DNA of 64,000 nt from Pristiophorus japonicus (lineage: Eukaryota), in contig NC_092006.1 of the NCBI RefSeq assembly GCF_044704955.1, positions 5,146,001-5,210,000 on the forward strand, in the 5' to 3' direction. Of this stretch, positions 53,637 through 64,000 are shown one piece after another (within the stretch, counting starts at the first letter, position 1; each line of letters opens with the position of its first letter). The position numbers and the translations under genes are program-made. The notes under the pieces were generated by a model, which worked only from the letters and a program-made list of their open reading frames with translations, searched no databases and was not told where the DNA came from.

Positions 53637-56600
53637 ATGAGCTTCTGTGGCCTCTGTGTGCTGTTCCATCTCTTCCAAGGTGAGATAGCCTTCGATGTTT
53701 TGCCAGAGTGGGGAAGGGGTTAGGAGAGAATAAACCAAGGGAAGGGTTTTGGAGCGAATTAATAAGGATAAGGGTTTTGGAGAGAATTAATAAGGAGAAG
53801 GGTTTTGGAGAGAATTAAAAAGGAGAAAGGTTTTGGAGGGAATTAATAAGGAGAAGGGTTTTGGATAGAATTAATGAGGAGAAGGGTTTTGGAGAGAATT
53901 AAAAAGGAGAAGGGTTTTGGAGGGAATTAATAAGGAGAAGGGTTTTGGATAGAATTAATGAGGAGAAGGGTTTTGGAGAGAATTAATAAGGAGAAGGGTT
54001 TTGGATACAATTAATCAGGAGAAGGGTTTTGGATAGATTTAATAATGAGAAGGGTTTTGGATAGAATTAATAAGGAGAAGGGTTTTGGAGAGAATTAATA
54101 AGGAGAAGGGTTTTGGATAGAATTAATGAGGAGAAGGGTTTTGGAGAGAATTAATAAGGAGAAGGGTTTTGGATAGAATTAATAAGGAGGAGGGTTTTGG
54201 AGAGAATTAATAAGGAGAAAGGTTTTGGATACAATTAATAAGGAGAAGGGTTTTGGATACAATTAATAAGGAGAAGGGTTTTGGATAGAATTAATAAGGA
54301 GAAGAGTTTGGATAGATTTAATAATGAAAAAGGTTTTGGATAGAATTAATAAGGAGAAGGGTTTTGGAGAGAATTAATAAGGAGACGGGTTTTGCATAGA
54401 TTGAATAAGGAGAAGGGTTTTGAAGAGAATTAATAAGGAGAAGGGTTTGGAGAGAATTAATAAGGAGAAGGGTTTGGATAGATTTAATAATGAGAAGGGT
54501 TTTGGATAGATTTAATAATGAGAAGGGTTTTGGATAGAATTAATAATGAGAAGGGTTTTGGAGAGAATTAATAATGAGAAGGGTTTTGGAGAGAATTAAT
54601 AAGGAGAAGGGTTTTGGATAGAATTAATAATGAGAAGGGTTTTGGATAGAATTAATAATGAGAAGGTGTTTTGGATAGAATTAATAATGAGAACGGTTTT
54701 GGATAGAATTAATAAGGAGAAGGGTTTTGGAAAGAATTAATAAGGAGAAGGGTTTTGGAGAGAATTAATAAGGAGAAGGGTTTTGGATAGAATTAATAAT
54801 GAGAAGGGTTTTGGATAGAATTAATAAGGAGAAGGGTTTTGGAAAGAATTAATAAGGAGAAGGGTTTTGGAGAGAATTAATAAGGAGAAGGGTTTTGGAT
54901 AGATTTAATAAGGAGAAGGGTTTTGGATAGATTTAATAAGGAGAAGGGTTTTGGATAGAATTAATAATGAGAAGGGTTTTGGATAGAATTAATAAGGAGA
55001 AGGGTTTTGGAAAGAATTAATAAGGAGAAGGGTTTTGGAGAGAATTAATAAGGAGAAGGGTTTTGGATAGAATTAATAATGAGAAGGGTTTTGGATAGAA
55101 TTAATAATGAGAAGGTGTTTTGGATAGAATTAATAAGGAGAAGGTGTTTTGGATAGAATTAATAAGGAGATGGGTTTTGGAGAGAATTAATAAGGAGAAG
55201 GGTTTTGGATAGAATTAATAAGGAGAAGGGTTTTGGAGAGAATTAATAAGGAGATGGGGTTTGGAGAGAATTAATAATGAGAATGGTTTTGGAGAGAATT
55301 AATAATGAGAAGGATTTTGGAGAGAATTAATAATGAGAAGGGTTTTGGAGAGAATTAATAAGGAGAAGGGTTTTGCAGAGAATTAATAAGGAGAAGGGTT
55401 TTGGAGAGAATTAATAAGGAGAAGGGTTTTGGAGAGAATTAATAAGGAGAAGTGTTTTGGAGCGAATTAATAAGGAGAAGGGTTTTGGAGCGAATTAATA
55501 AGGAGAAGGGTTTTGGAGCCAATTAATAAGGAGAAGGGTTTTGGAGAGAATTAATAAGGAGAAGTGTTTTGGAGCGAATTAATAAGGAGAAGTGTTTTGG
55601 AGCGAATTAATAAGGAGAAGGGTTTTGTATAGAATTAATAAGGGGTAGGTTTCCGATCGAGTAAAGAAGGAGAGATTGTTTCCAGTGGGAGGAGGGTGTG
55701 GGTAAGCAGAGGACACATGTTTAAGATAATCGGTAACAGAACCAGAGGGGGAGATCAGGACGTGTTTTCAAGCCCTGGGAGCTTGTGCTCGGGAACGCGC
55801 TGCCTGAAAGGGGCACTGGGAGCAGATGAAAAAGTGACTTTCAAACGGGGGAATTGGATAAATATTTGGAAAGGAGGCAATATGCCGGGCTGTGGGGAAA
55901 GAGCAGGGGCGGAGTGGGAATGATTGAGTCGCTCTGTCACAGAGCCGGCACAACACAGGTTTGATGGGCCGAATGGCCTCCTGTGTTGCATCGTTCGATG
56001 ATACACAAGTTTGCGTTTAACTATAATTTTTTTAAGAAGCAGCTTAGATATTGGGCAAAGTATAAAGGTGTGCGGGCTTCGCTCAATACCGATAGCGCGA
56101 CTTTGGAGCCGAACATTGTGATGGGTGAGTGGAACCGAATGTGACACTGAACTGCCCCCTAACTGAGATAAAGATGTCAGTGAACTCCGGTATTTGAAGG
56201 CGAGGGTCTGCCGTTGGGAGAGGGGGGCCTGTCTAGTGGAATTAGTGAGAAAGCTATCGCCCCATTTTAACACAATCAAGCGCCCCCCGGTCCCCAACTC
56301 CTGGAGAGATGGATTGGAGAGCCGGGTTAGACCAGGGGGAAGCATAATCGGTTTGGGAGAAGGCTTTTGCAATCTTAACTGCAGCCAGTCGCCATGGTGC
56401 TCGCCAATGATTGGAGCGGATTTCACAGCGAACGGACTTGGACTGTGCGCCTGTGGGAATTGCGGGCGGAGAGGCGCAATTTAACGGTGCGCAGCGCGGC
56501 GGAATTTCCCACACGCGCTCCCGACGCGCCAGTGGAGGGGAATTTGAGATGTGTCGGTATCCAGGGTGACTCGGGGGCCTATAACCTGTTGTTAATATTG

Positions 56601-59600
56601 TGTTTTAATTTTTGTGTGTCCCCCCGCCCCCCCCCCGCAACCTTGTCTCAGCTGTCGTGTCTCAGGCGGTCTTGAGCCAATTTCCGGCGCTGCTAACGGC
56701 CGATGTCGGGAGCCTGGTCAAACTGCAATGCCAGACTGGGAGGCTGGCCCCAAGCATCGTTTACTGGTACACACACTGGCACCGAGAGGGCATGCGGCTC
56801 GTTTACAAAACCGGACGGTTCGTGAGGCCCGGGGGAAGATTTTCCGGCGAGGTATGCGAGCAATCGGGGAATCATTCGCTGGTCATTGACAACGTCCAGA
56901 GGAGCGATTCTGGGCGGTATTACTGCTCTGCTCCAAACGCCGGGAATCGGTCCCTGATATTCGGGACTGGCACCACGCTGGTGATCACAGGTAATCCCAC
57001 TCGTCCATCCAATTGTGCGTCGAGACACCAATTCAAACCTACCTTGTGCGCCTGGTTAATTCCAATTTCCCTTCCATCTAGCGGGCCGCTCGGTCCTCTT
57101 CATCTTAACGCCGCCGCCGGCTGAGATTCCCCGGCTGGAGAGGGTGCCCTTGATGTGTCTGGTGCGGGGCGTTGCTCCCGACTCCTCCCCCATCCGCTGG
57201 CTGGTTGCGGGACGGGCCGCCGAGGGACGGAGCGAGCCCGGGATGCTGGAGCCGGATGGGAGCTATACCGCCAGAAGCCACCTGAGCGTCTCGGCCGAAA
57301 CCTGGCGCAGCGGCGCCGTCTGCACGTGCACCGTTCCGATCAACGCCACCGGGGATCTCCTGAGTGAAAGCGTCGCGTCTCCGGGAGGTAACTGGAGCTA
57401 CTGGCGGTTTGCCAAATAGTTAGTGATAATAATGGTCATTATAGTATTGCTGGGATGTGAGGGTTTTTTTAGCATGAGAGATTGTGTAGAATGGGCCTAT
57501 GTTCTCTGGAGTTTCGTATAAGATTATGAGGGGGGCTTGACAAGGTGGATGCAGAGAGGATGTTTCCACTGATGGGGGAGACTAGAACTAGAGGGCCGCC
57601 CATTTAAAACTGAGATGAGGAGGAACTTCTTCTCTGAGGGTTGTAAATCTGTGGAATTCGCTGCCTCAGAGAGCTGTGGAAGCCGGGACATTGAGTAAAT
57701 TTACGATAGAAATAGACAGTTTCTTAACTGATAAGTAATTAAGGGGTTATGGGGAGCGGGCAGGGAAGTGGAGCTGAGTCCATGATCGGATCAGCCATGA
57801 TCGTATTGAATGGCGGAGCAGGCTCGAGGGGCCGAATGGCCGACTCCTGCTCCTATTTCTTATGTTCTTATGAAGTTTAGAAGAAGGAGAGGTGATCTCA
57901 TTGAAACGTACAAGACTCTGAGGGGGATTGACAGGGTGGATGCAGGGAGGGTGTTTCCCCCCGGGGCTGGGGAGTCTAGAACCAGGGGTCACACAGTCTC
58001 AGGGTAAGGGGTTGGCCATTTAAGACTAAGATGGGGAGAACGTTCTTCACTTGCGATTTACTACGTTACAGGCGCTATATAAATATAAGTTGTTGTATAT
58101 TGGGAGCACTAGTATGGAAAAGTAGTATTTTATAAATGACATGAGTTTGGAAAACAGCGAGACAGAGAGAGACCATATACACAAACCTGTAAATGTGGGA
58201 AGGGCAGGTTGGCGAGCTGGTTAAACTGGCTTACGGGGTACTTGAATTTATATAAGGAGATATTAGAACAGTTGACCAAAAGCTTGGTCAAAGAGGGAGG
58301 TTTTACAGAAGGAGGAGAGGCGGAGAGGTTTAGGGAGAGAGTTCCAGAGCTTGGGGCCCCAGGCAGCTGAAGGCACGGCCACCAATGGTGGAGCGATAGA
58401 AATCGGGGGGAATGCTCAAGAGGCCAGGATTGGAAGAGCGCAGAGATCACAGCCACTTACGTTGAGACAGGTCATAGTTCGTCACCATGCCTTTGATGAT
58501 TCGGGCCAAAGACCAGCTTCAAACCCTCAGCGGACGAGGTTTCAGAATTTGACTGAATTATTTTGTGTTTCGCTCATTTCACAAGAGTTGTCTTTCTGCC
58601 GTTCAGAGCCCCTTCACAGCTCGACCTGCCGCTTCGCGCTTTATGCCAGCCTGGCGATGGCTCCTCTTGTGATGGGGTTGATCGGTGTCGCGGTGGCACG
58701 GCGTGGCAAGACTCGCCAACCAGGTACTGCCCGTCTGAGCCAAACCCTCAATTTCGCCTTTAGCTGAACCTCTCCCTTTGGCGTGCCGGCCTGGACATTA
58801 ACGCCAGTCATCTTCTTAAACCTAGAGAGTGCAGCCACGACTGACCGAGGTACCGCTTCAAGAATAAAGAAAGCAGAAGAGGAGGTAGGTGCCACAAAGA
58901 TGGGAGATGTTATTTTCATTAAAGAGCGGGGAGCGGGACTAATTGGATCATGCTTTCAAAGAGCCGACACAAGCTCGAAGGGCCAACTAGCCTCCTTCTG
59001 TGCTGTAAGATTCTATACTGGTGTCAAGTGTTTCATTGGTGTCCATGGACATGTCCGTTGTCAGTAACTTCAATGAGACATTCACATTAATACACTTGTG
59101 CCTCTCTCAGAAACAACCCAAAGCTATTCACCTGCAATGAATTGCATAAGAACATAAGAACATAAGAATTAGGAACAGGAGTAGGCCATCTAGCCCCTCA
59201 AGCCTGCTCCGCCATTCAACAAGACCATGGCTGATCTGGCCGTGGACTCAGCTCCACTTACCCGCCCGCTCCCGTAACCCTTAATTCCCTTATTGGTTAA
59301 AAATCTATCTATCTGTGACTTGAATGCATTCAATGAGCTAGCCTCAACTGCTTCCTTGGGCAGAGAATTCCACAGATTCACAACCCTCTGGGAGAAGAAA
59401 TTCCTTCTCAACTCGGTTTTAAATTGGCTCCCCCGTATTTTGAGGCTGTGCCCCCTAGTTCTAGTCTCCCCGACCAGTGGAAACAAACTCTCTGCCTCTA
59501 TCTTGTCTATCCCTTTCATTATTTTAAATGTTTCTAGAAGATCACCCCTCATCCTTCTGAACTCCAACGAGTAAAGACCCAGTCTACTCAATCTATCATC

Positions 59601-61157
59601 ATAAGGTAACCCCCTCATCTCCGGAATCAGCCTAGTGAATCGTCTCTGTACCCCCTCCAAAGCCAGTATATCCTTCCTTAAGTAAGGTGACCAAAACTGC
59701 ACGCAGTACTACAGGTGCGGCCTCACCAATACCCTATACAGTTGCAGAAGGACCTCCCTGCTTTTGTACTCCATCCCTCTCGCAATGAAGGCCAACATTC
59801 CATTCGCCTTCCTGATTACCTACTGCACCTGCAAACTAACTTTTTGGGATTCATGCACAAGGACCCCCAGGTCCCTCTGCACCGCAGCATGTTGTAATTT
59901 CTCCCCATTCAAATAATATTCCCTTTTACTGTTTTTTTTCCCAAGGTGGATGACCTCACACTTTCCGACATTGTATTCCATCTGCCAAACCTTAGCCCAT
60001 TCGCTTAACCTATCTAAATCTCTTTGCAACAGTGATGTCTTGCATTTAAATAGCGCCTTTGATGTCCTAAGGCGCTTCACAGGAGCATTAGTCAGACAAA
60101 AATTAAAGGCCGAACCCCACGAGGAGAGATTACGACAGGTGAGCAAAGGCTTGGCCGAGGAGGGAGGTTTTAAGGAGGAGAGAGGGGCGGAGAGGTTTAG
60201 GGAGGGAGTTCCAGAGCTTGGGGCCCAGGCAGCTGAAGGCACGGCCACCGATGGTGGAGCGATTATAATCAGGGATGGTCAAGAGGGCAGAATTGGAGGA
60301 GCAGTAGGAGATAGGGAGGGATGTAAGTGCTGGAGGAGAGTACAGAGATAAGGAGGGGTGTATGGGCTGGAGGAGGTTACAGAGATAGGGAGGGGTGTAG
60401 GGGCTGGAGGAGGTTACAGAGATAGAGAGGGGTGTAGGGCTGGACGAGGTTACAGAGATAGGGAGGGGTGTAGGGGCTGGAGGGGGTTACAGAGATAGGG
60501 AGGGGTGTAGGGGTTGGAAGGGGTTACAGAGATAGGGAGGGGTGTAGGGGTTGGAGGGGGTTACAGAGATAGGGAGGGGTGTAGGGGCTAAAGGAGGTCA
60601 CAGAGATAGGGAGGGATGTAGGGGCTGGAGGAGGTTACAGAGTTAGGGAGGGATGTAGAGGCTGGAGGAGGTTGCAGAGATAGGGAGGGATGTAGGGCTG
60701 GAGGAGAGGCAGTACTGAGGGAACACCGCACTGTCGGAGGGGCCGTCTTTCGGCTGAGACGTTAAACCGAGGCACCATCTGCCCTCTCGGTTGTAAAAGA
60801 TCCCGGGGCCACTATTGAACGAAGAGCAGGGGGAGTTCTCCCCGGTGTCCTGGGGCCAATATTTATCCCTCAACCAACATCACTAAAACAGATGATCTGG
60901 GTCATTATCACATTGCTGTGTGTGGGAGCTTGCTGTGCGCAAATTGAGCTGCCGCGTTTCCCACAATACAACAGTGACTGCACTTCAAAAAGTACTTCAT
61001 TGGCTGTAAGGCGCTTTGGGACGACCGGTGGTGGTGAAGGGCGCTATAGAAATGCACGTCTATTTCCTTTCAATATAGTTGAGCAGGAAGGTAACGGTTT
61101 TCTCGTGTTGTTCCTTCACAGACTATGTACGCGCACCTGGCATTCACTGTGGATTAG
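53637..61157 (+). CDS. Gene D: non-rearranging VJ-C1 IgSF transmembrane receptor with ITIM/ITSM-like tail (6 exons, 299 aa)
   Basis: Exons 53637-53679 (MSFCGLCVLFHLFQ), 56652-56990 (V-J), 57082-57387 (C1), 58607-58723 (TM), 58826-58884, 61122-61157 (TMYAHLAFTVD*). 900 nt open frame, all GT-AG; AATAAA at 61349-61354. Confidence 0.87.
53740..55645. repeat. Same 28-bp minisatellite in reverse orientation, ~68 units, in leader-V intron of gene D
   Basis: (GGAGAAGGGTTTTGGAGAGAATTAATAA)n. Confidence 0.97.
56652..56990 (+). CDS. Gene D V-J exon
   Basis: GSLVKLQC...VYWY...GRFSG...DSGRYYC...LIFGTGTTLVIT; tctcag acceptor, G|gtaat donor. Confidence 0.92.
57082..57387 (+). CDS. Gene D C1 exon
   Basis: VPLMCLVRG...IRWLVAG...PDGSYTARSHLSVSAETWRSGAVCTCTV. 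Confidence 0.9.
58607..58723 (+). CDS. Gene D stalk/transmembrane exon
   Basis: EPLHSSTCRFALYASLAMAPLVMGLIGVAVARRGKTRQP; 117 nt, Cys at the same position as in the B and C TM exons. Confidence 0.82.
59146..60027 (-). mobile_element. CR1 3' fragment in last intron of gene D
   Basis: ORFs 59190..59702 and 59820..60248. Confidence 0.88.
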
Positions 61158-61526
61158 ATCGTGAGAGCGGGAAGGGTTTGCCGGATCGGAAGAGTTGGGG
61201 CCTTGAGAAATACAGCGCCCACTCGCCGCGCCCTCAGTCACAACCTGTGCACGGTGACCATTCACTCCAATGTCCCCGAACTCCCAGTGTGACCTTCCTC
61301 TGCCGGTAGTTTTGATCAATCTTTGATTCTTGTCTTTATTAGCGTTGCAATAAAAAACATTTTATTCTCTTTACAACCTCATGCCCACTTCGAATGCATC
61401 CGTTATCAGACACAGAGAAGCGGAATTTATTGTTGAAATCGATGATACCTGTTGCTAAAGGGGCCAATTATCTCAGGATTTGTGTTCAGTTTAACTGTCA
61501 GAGGGACGAACGTGCATTTTATATCA

Positions 61527-62275
61527 CATAGAAACATAGAAAATAGGTGCAGGAGCAGGCCATTCGGCCCTTCGAGCCTGCACCACCATTCAATAAGATC
61601 ATGGCTGATCATTCACCTCAGTACCCCTTTCCTGCTTTCTCTCCATACCCCTTGATCCCTTTAGCCGTATCTGAGGGCCACATCTAACTCCCTCTTGAAT
61701 ATATCCAACGAACTGGCCTCAACAACTCTCTGTGGTAGAGAATTCCATAGGTTCACAACTCACTAGGTGAAGAAGTTTCTCCTCATCTCGGTCTTAAATG
61801 GCTTACCCCTTATCCTTAGACTGTGAGCCCTGGTTCTGGACTTCACCAACATCGGGAACATTCTTCCTGAATCTAACCTGTCTAATCCCGTCAGAATTTT
61901 ATATGTTTCTATGAGATCCCCTCTCATTCTTCTAAACTCCAGTGAATACAGGCCCAGTTGATCCAGTCTCTCCTCATATGTCAGTCCAGCCATCCCGAGA
62001 ATCAGTCTGGTGAACCTTCGCTGCACCCCCTCAATAGCAAGAACGTCCTTCCTCAGATTAGGAGACCAAAACTGAACACAATATTCCAGATGTGGCCTCA
62101 CCAAGACCCTGTACATCCCGGGATTCAGTCTGGTGAACCTTCGCTGCACTCCCTCAATAGCAAGAACGTCCTTCCTCAGATTAGGAGACCAAAACTGAAC
62201 ACAATACTCCAGGTGTGGCCTCACCAAGGCCCTGTACATCCCGGGAATCAGTCTGGTAAACCTTCGCTGCACACC
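61527..62275 (-). mobile_element. CR1 3' fragment with 123-bp internal tandem duplication
   Basis: 41-aa repeat in ORF 61763..62347. Confidence 0.88.
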
Positions 62276-62874
62276 CCCAGCGGAATTTACAGCTATTTTC
62301 GTTGTATCTATAAACCACTGACCCCTGCTTAAAGGGTCACACTCCAAATACTTTCAATCAAGTGTCCCCTTGGTTTTTTTTTTCTGAGGGCACCAAAAAC
62401 ACAAATTATACAAGTGGGCCCCCTGACTAACTTAAACAAATTAAACTTTAAATATTGTGGTTGAAATTAACATTTGGTTGCCGGGGGGGTGGGGGGGGGT
62501 GATGATGCACTCCAGTCCCTCGGGCGCCCACCTCTCGCAGAAGGCCGCGAGCGTACCGGTGGACGCCGCGGAAGAGAACGCGCTTTACAACCTTCCCGTT
62601 GGAGCTTGTGGGATCTTCCTGTGCACCAAAGTGGCAGCCGCATGTCGCTACATTGCACTGGTGGCCACACTTCAAGATAAAAAGTGCGTTCATTGGCCGG
62701 GAAGCAGGGCGGGACGTCCCAAGCTCCTTGTGTGCCGCGACAGAAGACCGAAAGTCTTTCCTGACTGGTCGCAATGGAAACGCTGCACAACATCTTTTGG
62801 TCAAGTTGTACTCAACACACACAGTTCCAGTTAGTTAACGGAGGGGAAATATACTTGCAACCCAGGGTGGAGCT

Positions 62875-63750
62875 TTGGAGGCAGTTCAGAGAAGGTTCAC
62901 TCGGTCGATTCCGGAGATGAGGGGGCTTGACTTATGAGGAAAGGTTGAGCAGGTTGGGCCTCTACTCATTGGGATTCAGAAGAATTGAGAGGTGATCTTA
63001 TCGAAACGTGTAAGACTATGAGGGGGCTCGATAGCGGGACCCGGGAGTACTTGTGCATGAAACACAAAAGGTTAGTATGCAGGTACAGCAAGTGATCAGG
63101 AAGGCCAATGGAATCTTGGCCTTTATTGCAAAGGGGATGGAGTATAAAAGCAGGGAGGTCTTGCTACAGCTATACAGGGTATTGGTGAGGCCACACCTGG
63201 AATACTGCGTGCAGTTTTGGTTTCCATATTTCCGAAAGGATATACTTGCTTTGGAGGCAGTTCAGAGAAGGTTCACTCGGGTTGATTCCGGAGATGAGGG
63301 GGTTGACTTATGAGGAAAGGTTGAGTAGGTTGGGCCTCTACTCATTGGAATTCAGAAGAATGAGAGATGATCTTATCGAAACGTGTAAGATTATGAGGGG
63401 GCTTGACAAGGTGGATGCAGAGAGGATGTTTCCACTGATGGGGGAGACTAGAACGCGGGGTCATGATCTTAGAATAAGGGGCCACCCATTTAAAACTGAG
63501 ATGAGGAGGAATTTTTTCTCTGAGAGGGTTGTAAATCTGTGGAATTCGCTGCCTCAGAGAGCTGTGGAAGCCGGGACATTGAATAAATTTAACACAGAGA
63601 TAGACGGTTTCTTAACCGATATGGGAATAAGGGGGCGGACAGGGAAGTGGAGCTGAGTCCATGATTGGATCAGCCACGATCGTATTGAATGGCGGAGCAG
63701 GCTCGAGGGGCCGAATGGCCTACTCCTGCTCCTATTTCTTATGTTCTTAT
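62875..63750 (+). mobile_element. CR1 3' fragments
   Basis: ORFs 63053..63313 and 63246..63656. Confidence 0.88.
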
Positions 63751-64000
63751 GATTCCAGTGTACAATACTACCACCTTCACCTCGTATGAGAATTAAACAC
63801 ATACTTATACAGGGGCTCAAAGGGTTAAATTGTGTGGGCAGTTTGCACAGATGTGGCTTGATTTCCTCGATTATAGAAGATTAAGTGGTCAACCAATTGA
63901 AGCATTTAATTTGCTTGAAGGGTTGATAGGGTCGAAAGAGAGAAATTATTTCCTCTGTTGGGGGAATCCAGAACAAGGGGATGTAACTTTAATTTTAAAG

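Larger units (their letters stand above)
40167..57394. repeat. Inverted duplication; near-identical arms ~40167-47228 and ~53019-57394 carrying L-V-C1 of genes C and D
   Basis: Mirror ORFs in the track (e.g. 41136..41807+ vs 55755..56426-; 46740..46928- vs 53319..53507+) and directly readable reverse-complement identity; more diverged inverted homology continues to ~49500 / ~52212. Confidence 0.93.

Noticed and set aside
7879-56990. Rearranging TCR or Ig light-chain locus
   Set aside because: V and J lie in one exon with no intervening RSS, each V has its own C1 about 100 bp away, and there are TM plus tyrosine-motif tails without the TCR charged TM residues
58633-58653. ALYASL ITIM-like string in gene D
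   Set aside because: Falls at the extracellular start of the TM segment, not in the cytoplasm

Overview
Repeat-dense vertebrate DNA. The repeat content (CR1 LINEs with (CATAGAAA/CATAAGAA)n tails, Deu-domain tRNA-SINEs, Tx1-like and RTE-like fragments) points to a cartilaginous fish (shark). Almost all long ORFs in the six-frame track are LINE debris or tandem repeats. Hidden among them is a cluster of four paralogous immunoglobulin-superfamily genes that I spliced by hand. Each encodes leader / germline-joined V-J domain / single C1 domain / Cys-containing stalk + uncharged TM / cytoplasmic tail ending in TxYxxL(x)F, i.e. an antigen-receptor-like ectodomain (TCR/Ig-light-chain layout) that needs no RAG rearrangement and has an ITIM/ITSM-like tail. 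Gene A (+, 5291-16308, 336 aa) and gene D (+, 53637-61157, 299 aa) have intact reading frames. Gene B (-, 22863-30723) has a stop in the TM exon and gene C (-, 35182-46610) has the invariant V-domain Trp changed to TAG. C and D sit head-to-head in an inverted duplication whose near-identity stops at the C1 splice donor, while C's downstream half resembles B, suggesting ectodomain exchange. There are three assembly gaps (14911-15094, 27173-27529, 29812-30150). Repeat boundaries are approximate; exon boundaries were read from GT/AG sites with consistent phases.
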